Source: an uncultured Planctomycetia bacterium
GTDB lineage: Bacteria; Omnitrophota; Gorgyraeia; Tantalellales; Tantalellaceae
Direction of reading: 5' to 3'
Assembly (NCBI GenBank): GCA_964409365.1
Contig: CAYPCX010000001.1
Span: 202,075 to 266,074, forward strand
Length of the DNA: 64,000 nucleotides
Shown: one piece after another, positions 37,672 through 46,731 of the stretch
How positions within the stretch are numbered: position 1 is the first letter of the stretch
How the letters are laid out: each line of letters starts with the position of its first letter
The notes under the pieces: generated by a model
Told to the model about the DNA's origin: nothing
Seen by the model: the letters and a program-made list of their open reading frames with translations, nothing else
The model's database searches: none
Translations under genes and position numbers: made by a program

Positions 37672-38976
37672 ATGACAGAAGTCACATTAAAGGATATAGC
37701 CAACCTGTGTAAAAGGCGCGGTTACATATTCCAGGACAGCGAGATATACGGCGGTATAGGGAGCGTGTGGGACTACGGGCCACTTGGCGTGGAACTCAAA
37801 AAAAGCGTCAAGGACCAATGGTGGAAATCCATGGTGTACGAACGCGACGACGTCGAGGGACTTGACGCCGCTATACTGATGAACCCCGAGACCTGGAAAG
37901 CTTCCGGACACGTCGCTTCGTTCGCGGATATGCTCTCTGACTGCAGGGACTGCAAGAAGAGGTTCCGGATAGACAAGATCAAAGGCGATAAGTGCCCCGA
38001 ATGCGGCGGGGAGCTCACCGAACCCAAGAGCTTTAACCTGATGTTCAAGACGCAGGTAGGGTCGGTCGAAGGCGAGGCCCAGGACGTGTATATGAGGCCT
38101 GAGACGGCGCAGGGCATCTTCGTCAATTTCGAGAACATACTCGTGGCATCCAGGAGAAAACTCCCGTTCGGCGTGGCACAGATTGGCAAGGCTTTCCGCA
38201 ACGAGATAACCACGGGAAATTTCACGTTCAGGAGCCGGGAGTTCGAGCAAATGGAGCTGGAATATTTCGTTAAACCCGGCGAGGACGAAAAGTGGTACGA
38301 ATACTGGCTGGACGCGCGGATGAGCTGGTACCTCTCGCTGGGGATAAGGAAGGAGAACCTGAAGCTCCGTGAGCACGAGAAAGAAGAGCTGGCACATTAC
38401 GCCAAAAGGTGCCACGATATAGAATACCTTTTCCCGATGGGCTGGTCGGAGCTCGAGGGAGTGGCCAACAGGACGGATTTTGACCTCAAGCAGCATTCCC
38501 GGATCAGCGGGAAAGAGTTGACCTATTTTGACGACGCGACCGAAGAACGTTTTACGCCTTACGTAATAGAGCCTTCAGGGGGAGTGGACAGGGCGGTCCT
38601 GGCGTTCCTGGTAGATTCGTATCGCAGCGAGGTCGTGAAGGACAGGAAACGGGTGTACCTTTCACTGGACAGGCGCCTGGCGCCGATCAAGATCGCGGTG
38701 CTGCCGCTTCTTAAGAACAGGCCGGAGATAGTGGAGATGGCACGCAGGATACGCGACGATATCGGCGGGAACTACCGGGTCGTCTACGATGATACCGCCG
38801 CTATCGGGCGGCTTTACCGCCGGCAGGACGAGATAGGCACGCCTTTCTGCGTGACGGTCGACGTGGATTCGCTGACGGACGGCAAGGTCACGGTCAGGGA
38901 AAGGGATTCGATGGGCCAGGACAGGATCGAGGCCTCGAAGCTCAAGGAGTATATGACGGAAAAATTCGGATTCTGA
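37672..38976 (+). CDS. glyQS: Glycine--tRNA ligase (single-chain alpha2 type)
   Basis: N-terminal RRGYIFQDSEIYGG, class-II motifs and a C-terminal anticodon-binding domain. Length is 434 aa. Confidence 0.9.
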   Translation: MTEVTLKDIANLCKRRGYIFQDSEIYGGIGSVWDYGPLGVELKKSVKDQWWKSMVYERDDVEGLDAAILMNPETWKASGHVASFADMLSDCRDCKKRFRIDKIKGDKCPECGGELTEPKSFNLMFKTQVGSVEGEAQDVYMRPETAQGIFVNFENILVASRRKLPFGVAQIGKAFRNEITTGNFTFRSREFEQMELEYFVKPGEDEKWYEYWLDARMSWYLSLGIRKENLKLREHEKEELAHYAKRCHDIEYLFPMGWSELEGVANRTDFDLKQHSRISGKELTYFDDATEERFTPYVIEPSGGVDRAVLAFLVDSYRSEVVKDRKRVYLSLDRRLAPIKIAVLPLLKNRPEIVEMARRIRDDIGGNYRVVYDDTAAIGRLYRRQDEIGTPFCVTVDVDSLTDGKVTVRERDSMGQDRIEASKLKEYMTEKFGF

Positions 38977-39032
38977 CCAAGAACATACATCGGGTGTATA
39001 ATAATACACCCGATGTATAAACAAAAGGAGGA

Positions 39033-41816
39033 GTGAAGAAGATGGCAAAGAAGGTGAAAAAGGCAACTGCGACGAAAAAGAACAGATCTAAGAAAAATGT
39101 ATATTTTTTCGGGGACGGCAAGGCCGACGGCAAGGCCGAGATGAAGAACCTTCTTGGTGGTAAGGGGGCCAACCTCGCCGAGATGGCGGGTCACCCGAGC
39201 CTGAGGATACCTGTGCCGCCCGGATTCACGATAACTACAGATGTGTGCACATATTACTACAAGAATAAAGGCAAATATCCCACAGGCCTTAAGGAAGAGG
39301 TCCAGACCGCCTTGAAGAAGGTGGAAAAGGCGATGGGCAAGAAGTTCGGCGACCCGAAAGATCCGCTTCTTGTTTCAGTGCGTTCCGGCGCCCGCCAGTC
39401 GATGCCCGGGATGATGGAGACCGTTCTTAACGTGGGGCTGACGTCCAAGACCATAGACGGCCTGATACAGCGGTCGGGTAGCGAGCGCTTCGCCTACGAC
39501 GCTTACAGACGTCTTATCACCATGTACTCGGACGTTGTTATGGAAAAAGCCGCTGGCCTGGAACCCGAAGAGGGTAAGGGCATACGCCAGCAGCTGGAGA
39601 AGCTGCTTGCGCAAAAGAAAAAACAAAAAGGCGTTACGCTGGATACCGACCTCGATGCTGGAGATCTCAAGGACCTTTGCGGGAAGTACAAGAAAAAGGT
39701 CAAGGAAGTTCTCGGTAGGGCATTCCCGGATGACGCCATGGAACAGCTCTGGGGAGGGGTGGGCGCGGTGTTCACCTCATGGAACGGGAAGCGTGCCATT
39801 TCATACCGCCGCATTGAGAACATCCCCGACGAGTGGGGCACGGCCGTGAACGTCCAGACGATGGTGTTCGGGAACATGGGCGATAATTCCGCTACGGGAG
39901 TCGCGTTCACGCGTAACCCGGGTAACGGTGACAACAAGTTCTACGGCGAATACCTGGTCAATGCACAGGGCGAGGACGTCGTAGCAGGAACAAGGACGCC
40001 CGCGCCGATAAACAAAAACTCCCAGAGCGACCACAACAAGGACCTCGTGATGCTGAGCGCTCTCATGCCCAGGATATACAAACAGCTTGACAGCATCCAG
40101 AAGAGACTGGAAAAACATTACCACGACATGCAGGACATCGAGTTCACCATAGAGGATGGACGGCTTTTTCTTCTACAGACACGTGTGGGCAAACGCAACG
40201 GCCCCGCCGCGGTGAAGATGGCCGTCGATATGGTGAAGGAAGGGCTGATAAACAAGAAGACGGCTGTCATGAGGGTCAAACCTGCACAGCTTGACGAACT
40301 TTTGCACCCGATCATCGACCCGATGGCCGAGAAGACGAATAAATTCATAGCCAAGGGACTCCCGGCGGGTCCCGGCGGAGCAAACGGCCAGATCGTCTTT
40401 GATTCCGACACGTCGGTCGAATGGGCCAACGAAGGGAAGAAGGTCATACTTGTTCGCGAAGAGACCAATCCCGAGGACGTCGAAGGTATGAGGGCCGCCC
40501 AGGCGATACTTACTGCTCGCGGAGGCATGACATCCCATGCGGCTCTCGTGGCTCGCGGCTGGGGAAAATGCTGTATCGTCGGTTGCGGTGATATGGAAGT
40601 GGATTATTACACGAAGACGCTGGAAGTGCATGGCAAGGTTTTCAAAGAGGGCGATAAGATCACACTGAACGGCACCAAGGGCCTTGTATATGAAGGCGTG
40701 CTCCCCATGATAGACGCCACCAAAGAGAATAAAGTGCTCAACGACTTTCTCAAGATGTGTGACAGCGTGCGGAAAATGGGCATAAGGACCAATGCGGACA
40801 CCCCGGAGGATGCCAGAAAAGCGCGCCTCTTCGGAGCGGAAGGCATAGGTCTTTTCAGGACCGAGCACATGTTCTATGGCGAGGGTTCCGAAGCGGCTCT
40901 TTTTAAGCTCCGCAAGATGATACTTTCGGATACGACCGAGGAAAGAACAGAAGCGCTTAAGGAACTTTTCCCGTACGTGAAAGCCGACATCAAGGGTACG
41001 CTTGAGGCCATGGCGGGCCTGCCGGTGACCATACGGCTCCTGGACCCGCCGCTTCATGAGTTCGTTCCGCACCAGAGGGAACAGCTCGAGGAGCTGGCTA
41101 GAAGTCTGAACATAGGCATGGAGCGTCTTGAGAAGCGCGTAGCCCTCCTCAGGGAGAGCAACCCCATGATGGGGCATCGCGGCGTGCGTCTGGGCGTCAC
41201 TTATCCCGAGATCACCGAGATGCAGGCTCGTGCGATCATGGAGGCCGCGGCCGAGCTTATCAAGGCCGGCAAGAAGGTGTATCCCGAGATAATGATACCC
41301 GTCGTCGGCGCTGAAGAGGAAATAGTGAACCAGAAAGAGATAATCAGTCGTGTTTACGACGAGGTGAAAAAGAAATACAAGCTCAAGAGCTTGCCGGTGC
41401 TCGTGGGTACCATGATAGAGATACCGCGCGCCGCACTTACCGCTGACAAGATAGCGGAGGCGGCCGAGTTCTTCTCGTTCGGGACAAACGACCTGACGCA
41501 GATGAGTTACGGTTTCTCGCGTGACGATATGGGCAGCTTCCTTGCTCCGTACCTGGAAAAGCACATACTTCCCAAGGATCCGTTCCAGTCGCTTGATACC
41601 GAGGGCGTCGGGCAGCTGGTAAAGGTGGGCATCGAGCGGGGAAGGAAGACCAGGCCGAAACTCAAGGTAGGTATCTGCGGCGAACATGGAGGCGACCCGG
41701 ACTCCATTAATTTCTGTTACAAGGCAGGCATGAACTACGTCAGTTGTTCTCCGTTCCGCGTGCCGATAGCGAGACTTGCCGCCGCGCAGGCAGCGATAAG
41801 AGATTGTAAGGTATAA
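39033..41816 (+). CDS. ppdK: Pyruvate, phosphate dikinase
   Basis: VYFFGDGKADG...LLGGKGANLAEM, catalytic His (GGMTSHAALVARGWG) and a C-terminal PEP-utilising TIM barrel. It has an unusual Lys-rich N-terminal extension of about 20 aa. Confidence 0.95.
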   Translation: MKKMAKKVKKATATKKNRSKKNVYFFGDGKADGKAEMKNLLGGKGANLAEMAGHPSLRIPVPPGFTITTDVCTYYYKNKGKYPTGLKEEVQTALKKVEKAMGKKFGDPKDPLLVSVRSGARQSMPGMMETVLNVGLTSKTIDGLIQRSGSERFAYDAYRRLITMYSDVVMEKAAGLEPEEGKGIRQQLEKLLAQKKKQKGVTLDTDLDAGDLKDLCGKYKKKVKEVLGRAFPDDAMEQLWGGVGAVFTSWNGKRAISYRRIENIPDEWGTAVNVQTMVFGNMGDNSATGVAFTRNPGNGDNKFYGEYLVNAQGEDVVAGTRTPAPINKNSQSDHNKDLVMLSALMPRIYKQLDSIQKRLEKHYHDMQDIEFTIEDGRLFLLQTRVGKRNGPAAVKMAVDMVKEGLINKKTAVMRVKPAQLDELLHPIIDPMAEKTNKFIAKGLPAGPGGANGQIVFDSDTSVEWANEGKKVILVREETNPEDVEGMRAAQAILTARGGMTSHAALVARGWGKCCIVGCGDMEVDYYTKTLEVHGKVFKEGDKITLNGTKGLVYEGVLPMIDATKENKVLNDFLKMCDSVRKMGIRTNADTPEDARKARLFGAEGIGLFRTEHMFYGEGSEAALFKLRKMILSDTTEERTEALKELFPYVKADIKGTLEAMAGLPVTIRLLDPPLHEFVPHQREQLEELARSLNIGMERLEKRVALLRESNPMMGHRGVRLGVTYPEITEMQARAIMEAAAELIKAGKKVYPEIMIPVVGAEEEIVNQKEIISRVYDEVKKKYKLKSLPVLVGTMIEIPRAALTADKIAEAAEFFSFGTNDLTQMSYGFSRDDMGSFLAPYLEKHILPKDPFQSLDTEGVGQLVKVGIERGRKTRPKLKVGICGEHGGDPDSINFCYKAGMNYVSCSPFRVPIARLAAAQAAIRDCKV

Positions 41817-41830
41817 AGAAAGGATAGGTC

Positions 41831-41920
41831 GCAGGTATCAGGTCTCAGGTGTTAGGGTAAAGAAGAAGACGTGTCTTTATCCAACGGCCTGAAACCTGGA
41901 ACCTGAAACCTGAAACCTGA
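41831..41920. repeat. CAGGT-heptamer / CCTGAAA-heptamer mirrored hairpin element (same family as 15761-15836)
   Basis: gcaggtatcaggtctcaggtgttagg ... cctgaaacctggaacctgaaacctgaaacctga. It ends 2 nt before the sigma-factor ATG. Confidence 0.55.
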
Positions 41921-41922
41921 AT

Positions 41923-42792
41923 ATGGACGCAATAAAACTTTATCTCAAAGACATACGCGACCTGCCGCTCCTTAAGCCGGACGAGGAAAAAGCGCTGGCG
42001 AACAAGGTCAAGAAGGGCAACAAAAAAGCCAGGCAGCAGATGATCAAGAGCAACCTGCGCCTTGTCATCAACATCGCCAAGAAGTACAGCTATCTCGGCG
42101 TGCCGATGCTGGACCTTATAGAGGAGGGTAACCTGGGCCTCATGAAGGCCGTCAGCAAGTACGACCCTGACAAAGGTTACCGTTTCTCGACATACGCCGC
42201 GTGGTGGATAAAACAGTATATCACCAGGGCCGTCGCCAACCAGGGCAAGACCGTGCGCATCCCCGTGTATGTCATGGAGCTCTTGATGAGGTTCCAGAAG
42301 GTCAAGAAGCACCTGCAGCAGAAGATGAAGAAGGCGCCGCAGATAAACGATATCGCCAAGAAGATGAAGCTTCCGGTGGGCCGCGTCCGGCAGCTCAACC
42401 ATATGGCGTCGAACATATCGAGCCTCAATGCCCCGATCGGCGAATCGGGCGATTCGGAGTTCATGGACCTGATAGAGGATGAAAGCATCGTGACTTCCGT
42501 GGATGAACTCTCGAAATTCCTGCTTCACGAGAGGATCGAAGGCCTGCTCGATAAGATGACCGAACGCGAGAGAAAGATCCTCACCCTGAGGTTCGGCCTC
42601 GGAGAGGACGGAGTGACCCATACTCTCAGGGAGACGGCCAAGCATTTCGGCATCACCAGGGAAAGGGTCCGCCAGATAGAAGCCGCGTGCATGGTCAAAC
42701 TGCGCAAGATGATGGAAGAGCAGGAAAAAGAAGGCGAGAAGCTCCTCAAGAAAAAGTACGGCAGGAAACATAAAAGAACACGTAGGCGGTAG
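41923..42792 (+). CDS. RNA polymerase sigma factor, sigma-70 family (RpoD/SigA-like, regions 1.2-4.2)
   Basis: Region 2 motif TYAAWWIKQYITRAV and region 4.2 HTH. There is a basic C-terminal tail KKKYGRKHKRTRRR. Confidence 0.85.
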   Translation: MDAIKLYLKDIRDLPLLKPDEEKALANKVKKGNKKARQQMIKSNLRLVINIAKKYSYLGVPMLDLIEEGNLGLMKAVSKYDPDKGYRFSTYAAWWIKQYITRAVANQGKTVRIPVYVMELLMRFQKVKKHLQQKMKKAPQINDIAKKMKLPVGRVRQLNHMASNISSLNAPIGESGDSEFMDLIEDESIVTSVDELSKFLLHERIEGLLDKMTERERKILTLRFGLGEDGVTHTLRETAKHFGITRERVRQIEAACMVKLRKMMEEQEKEGEKLLKKKYGRKHKRTRRR

Positions 42793-42836
42793 GGTGGTTT
42801 TTTAGTTGTTAGTTATGTAAAGCGAGTTTAACAGGG

Positions 42837-43100
42837 GTCCCCGTAGCTAAATGAGACTACAAGTTACGGGAGCGAAGCAGCCGTAACTTGTAAAGTCGAA
42901 TTTATGCAAAGCGTTTAAACTAGCGTCCCCGTAGCTAAATGAGGCCACAACTTAAGGAGCGAAGCGAACAGAAGTTGTAAGGCCGAATTTATGCGAAGCA
43001 GGTTCAACTGGTGTCCCCGTAGCTAAATGAGGCCACAACTTAAGGAGCGAAGCGAACAGAAGTTGTAAGGCCGAATTTATGCGAAGCAGGTTCAACTGGT
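42837..43100 (+). repeat. Three tandem 88-bp structured repeat units, each beginning with the first 12 nt of the downstream tRNA-Arg
   Basis: The GTCCCCGTAGCT anchors lie at 42837, 42925, 43013 and 43101, an exact 88-nt period. Units 2 and 3 are identical. Unit 1 differs, and its changes keep both the inner and outer hairpin stems base-paired. Confidence 0.85.
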
Positions 43101-43177
<77 letters not shown>

Positions 43178-43185
43178 TAAATTAA

Positions 43186-43217
43186 AAAGGCTCATTAACC
43201 TATGAGCCTTTTTTTTG
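43186..43217 (+). terminator. Rho-independent terminator after tRNA-Arg
   Basis: GGCTCAT-taacct-ATGAGCC followed by TTTTTTTT. Confidence 0.65.
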
Positions 43218-43239
43218 TTGTCCTTCCCGCAGAAGCGGG

Positions 43240-43640
43240 AATCTAAAAACCCGGTGCCTTTTTAATTTATTCCATAGGGGGGAAACCCAGGTTTCCCCCT
43301 TCATGGCGCTCGTTATTGTGCCAGTTAAAACAGCAAGTCACTTGCTGTTACCCCCTTCCTGGCGGATTTATATAAAAGCAATTCCTGTTATCCAAAGAAG
43401 AAGAGGGAGGTATATCCCCCTTCTTCTTTGGAATAATAACCCCCTCAAGTTGTGTTTTGGGATAGGGGAACCAATGGTTCCCCCTTAATGTCCCCCCCTC
43501 CTTTATAGGAAATAGAAACAAAAATAAGGGGACTGGTTTATACCCAAGTTTATGCTACTACAGTAAACCTGTCCCCACTAAATTGGAAAAGGGGAGAGTA
43601 TTTCCCCCCTTTCCTGTGGAACGATACCCCCCACCCCCTA
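43240..43640. repeat. Array of 4-5 different G-arm/C-arm hairpins (GGGGGAAA...TTTCCCCC type)
   Basis: Examples: GGGGGGAAACCcagGTTTCCCCC; CCAAAGAAGAAG...CTTCTTCTTTGG; GGGGAACCAaTGGTTCCCC; GGAAAAGGGGAGA...TCCCCCCTTTCC. The only ORF here (61 aa) looks non-coding. Confidence 0.4.
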
Positions 43641-43644
43641 AATA

Positions 43645-43735
43645 TGACACTCTGACACTAGTGAGCGTAGCGAGCGACGACACTCTGACACTTTTCTCTG
43701 TCCGCTGACATCTGTTTTTTGACACCCGACACCTG
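43645..43735. repeat. Partial third copy of the GTGTCA/TGACAC palindromic element family
   Basis: gacactctgacactagtgagcgtagcgagcgacgacactctgacact resembles the right half of the argG-flanking elements. Confidence 0.5.
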
Positions 43736-43838
43736 ATTCCCCAATTAACGCTTGTAATATCCGGTGATATGGGAGTAGAATAACTCGTGATTCTGGTGGC
43801 TTTGGTCCCATGATTTGATAATAACAAAGGAGGCCGGG

Positions 43839-44183
43839 ATGAAAAGGTTAGGCGTTGCTTTAATGGTGTTCTTTCTTGCCGTAAGCGTAACGATGGCAGG
43901 GTGCACCCAGAAGGCCGCTTCGAGCAGAGAGGCGATCGATACGGCCAAGATGATGAAGACCACGCAGGAACAGACGAAGTACCTCATAGCGCAGGGCAAG
44001 GCTTTTATCAATTCGGACGATTTTCAGGGCGCCATAGACGTGCTCCAGTATGTGCTCACATATCTTGATAAGGATTCACCTGAAGCCAAAGCCCTGCTCC
44101 AGAAAGCCAAGGACGACCTGGCCGCCCAGCTGAAACAGAAAGCGGAGGATGTCAAAAAATCCTTCGGGGATTTCGGCAAATAA
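43839..44183 (+). CDS. Hypothetical lipoprotein (helical)
   Basis: Signal peptide with lipobox MAGC. A strong AGGAGG-like RBS precedes the ATG at 43839. Confidence 0.5.
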   Translation: MKRLGVALMVFFLAVSVTMAGCTQKAASSREAIDTAKMMKTTQEQTKYLIAQGKAFINSDDFQGAIDVLQYVLTYLDKDSPEAKALLQKAKDDLAAQLKQKAEDVKKSFGDFGK

Positions 44184-44193
44184 AGGAGGAGAA

Positions 44194-45054
44194 ATGAGAA
44201 ATATACTGGGTATCCTGGTAGTGGCCCTGGTGGTCGTATTTGTCCTGTCTTTTACCAAGGACGTGATCATTAAGGTTTCCGCGGAAAAGAGCGTGGAGAT
44301 GGTCACAGGGCTCGGGTTGAGGATAAAGAGCCTGCAAGTAGGGCTGATCAAGACGCTTATAGGGATAAAGGACCTCCGTCTTTATAACCCTAAAGGTTAC
44401 AAGGACAGGGTGATGCTGGATATGCCGGAGGTATACGTGGATTATGACCTTGCCGCCGCTTTTAAGGGGAAGGTCCACCTGACCGATGTGAGGATAGACC
44501 TGAAGGAATTCGTGGTCGTCAAGAATGAAAGAGGCGAGCTCAACCTGGATTCGCTGAAAGTGGTCCAGGCCCAGAAGGAAGGCGCGGGGCCCGGACCCGC
44601 GAAAAAGGGAGTAACCCCGGAGATCTGGATCGATAACCTGGAACTGAAGGTGGGAAGGGTCATTTATAAGGATTATTCAAAAGGCGGGGAGCCTTCGGTC
44701 CAGGAGTTCAACGTGGACCTTAATGAAAAATACAGTGACGTAAAGGATATGAACAAGCTGGTCGCCGTGATAATGGTGCAGGCGCTCAAGAACACCACCA
44801 TCGCGCGTCTTACCGGTTTTGACCTGAAGGGCATGGAGAGCACCGTCTCCGATACGCTTTCGACGGCCCAGGAGGTAACGGCGGGTGCTATAGATACGGC
44901 CGGAAAAACAATAAAGGGAGTAGTGCCTGAAGGGACGCATGGGGTTGTTGAGGGTGCCACCGATTCCGTTAAAGAGACCACAAAAAAGGTAGGCGAAGTG
45001 TTAAAGTTCCCTTTCGGCGGCTCCGGGGCAAGAGAAGAAAAAGTGCAGAAGTAA
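44194..45054 (+). CDS. Hypothetical membrane-anchored protein
   Basis: The ATG at 44194 follows a GGAGGAG RBS. N-terminal TM helix ILGILVVALVVVFVL. No family was recognised. Confidence 0.45.
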   Translation: MRNILGILVVALVVVFVLSFTKDVIIKVSAEKSVEMVTGLGLRIKSLQVGLIKTLIGIKDLRLYNPKGYKDRVMLDMPEVYVDYDLAAAFKGKVHLTDVRIDLKEFVVVKNERGELNLDSLKVVQAQKEGAGPGPAKKGVTPEIWIDNLELKVGRVIYKDYSKGGEPSVQEFNVDLNEKYSDVKDMNKLVAVIMVQALKNTTIARLTGFDLKGMESTVSDTLSTAQEVTAGAIDTAGKTIKGVVPEGTHGVVEGATDSVKETTKKVGEVLKFPFGGSGAREEKVQK

Positions 45055-45084
45055 TTTTCAAAAAGCGGGAAGCGGAATGATCAA

Positions 45085-46620
45085 ATGACGTCTGACGAAA
45101 CGTACAGGCGGGAATACGGGGAATCCGTCGGTTTGCTGAAAAATCTTATAGCTGGCCCCGAGTCCGGATCCATAGGATATTTCGCTTCGTCCGTAGACAA
45201 GGATAATTACAAGCGTCTTTTCACCAGGGACGCTTTCTGGATAGGCGTGGCGGCCCTGTTGACGGGTGATGACGGCCTGATCGAAGGGTTTAAGGCGAGC
45301 CTCGCAGCTCTTGCCGGACACCAGCGCGAAGATGGGGCCATCCCGAGCAACATCTCTTCCGATGGGAAGGTCAGTTACGGTATTATTAATCCCCGTGTCG
45401 ATCCCACCACTCTTTATGTTTTAGGCTGCGTGCTGTTCCACGAGGAACGGTGCGATAGTGGATTCCTCAGGCAGTATTCCGGTTCAGTCGACCTGGCTAT
45501 GGATTATCTTGAAAAGACATGGGAGAACCCGGAGCTGGAACTGCTCTATATCCCCAGGGCCGGCAATTGGGCTGATGAATATTTGCAGCAGGGATATGTG
45601 CTTTATGATGAAGTGTTATGGTATCTGGCCTTGAAGGGGTACGCAGGTCTTATAGCAAAAAAGGACAGTGACAGGGCGCTTTATTATCGCGGCAAAGCGG
45701 AACGCGTAAAAAGGCTGATCAGGGAAAGGTTCTGGATAAGGAAGATACGGGTCGAAGACGACGATATTTACGGACAGATACGTAACAGGTTCGATTTCAA
45801 CAGGACAGGGTATTTTCTGCATTTTTTTCACGTGACGGACAGGTCTGATCCTTTTCTGGGACATTCACACGGCATATTTGACGCGTTCGGGAACGCCCTT
45901 GCGCTTCTCGCGGGGATCCCGACCGAGGAACAGGCCCTCAAGATAGCGGGGTTTGTCGACGAGATATCGGTTAACAAATATCCGCTGGTCCCGGCACATT
46001 ACCCTTTCTTTTCGGAGGATATTTTCAGGTCGCGGAAACTCCATCAATACCGTTTCAAGGAATACGTCGGGCATTTTCATAACGGTGGGCTCTGGCCGTG
46101 GTATACGGGACTTTATGCGGCCTATTTCGCCAGAGAGGGTGATACCGGGCGTGCCCTGAAGTTCCTGGAAGGCATAATGAAAGCGAACCGCGACAAGAAG
46201 AACGGAATGAGGTTTTATGAATATCATTCGGGCAAAAAAGCGGAGATAGACTTGAAAGTGGGATACGCGCGCGGGGTGGATTTTTATTTATCGATGCTTA
46301 TGTCCGGGCTAGTCAAAAGGAGCAAGTCGACGGTACGCATCAAATATGGCGGCAAGAAGGTCGAAACGGGAGACGATATCGCCGTGCGAGGACTTGATGT
46401 GAAGAAAGGCGACAGGATCAGGGTCATAGCCGTGGGCCCCGATTCGGGGGAGGTCCTTTCGGAAATGATGATGCTCAAGCACGGGAACGTTAAGTTCTTC
46501 GAGGGTGGTAAACTCGTGGTCAAAGGCAGCTACCCCGGAGGAGCGCCTTTTTTGGGCGTTAGTGCCGCCGCTTTCATCATAGCTTACAAGGCCGTTTTTG
46601 ACGAGAAATGCATACTGTAA
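45085..46620 (+). CDS. Glycoside hydrolase, probably GH100 (alkaline/neutral invertase-like) (alpha/alpha)6-barrel family
   Basis: NYKRLFTRDAFWIGVAAL resembles the GH100 N-terminal motif NYDQVFVRDFVPSALAF. FHNGGLWPWYTGLYA is typical of six-hairpin glycosidases. There is an extra C-terminal region of about 80 aa. Confidence 0.45.
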   Translation: MTSDETYRREYGESVGLLKNLIAGPESGSIGYFASSVDKDNYKRLFTRDAFWIGVAALLTGDDGLIEGFKASLAALAGHQREDGAIPSNISSDGKVSYGIINPRVDPTTLYVLGCVLFHEERCDSGFLRQYSGSVDLAMDYLEKTWENPELELLYIPRAGNWADEYLQQGYVLYDEVLWYLALKGYAGLIAKKDSDRALYYRGKAERVKRLIRERFWIRKIRVEDDDIYGQIRNRFDFNRTGYFLHFFHVTDRSDPFLGHSHGIFDAFGNALALLAGIPTEEQALKIAGFVDEISVNKYPLVPAHYPFFSEDIFRSRKLHQYRFKEYVGHFHNGGLWPWYTGLYAAYFAREGDTGRALKFLEGIMKANRDKKNGMRFYEYHSGKKAEIDLKVGYARGVDFYLSMLMSGLVKRSKSTVRIKYGGKKVETGDDIAVRGLDVKKGDRIRVIAVGPDSGEVLSEMMMLKHGNVKFFEGGKLVVKGSYPGGAPFLGVSAAAFIIAYKAVFDEKCIL

Positions 46621-46731
46621 AGGAAGCTAAATACTTGTCATATTGGCGGGTTTAGAGTTAAAATAATAAAGTACGCGCGTATCTGCCTTAAAGAAAGGGA
46701 ACGATCCTGATTTCAAGGATCCTGGAAGACC

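Noticed and set aside
43303-43488. A 61-aa ORF in the hairpin array downstream of tRNA-Arg.
   Set aside because: It is composed of palindromic G/C hairpins, has no RBS, and is proline- and leucine-rich with no coding periodicity.
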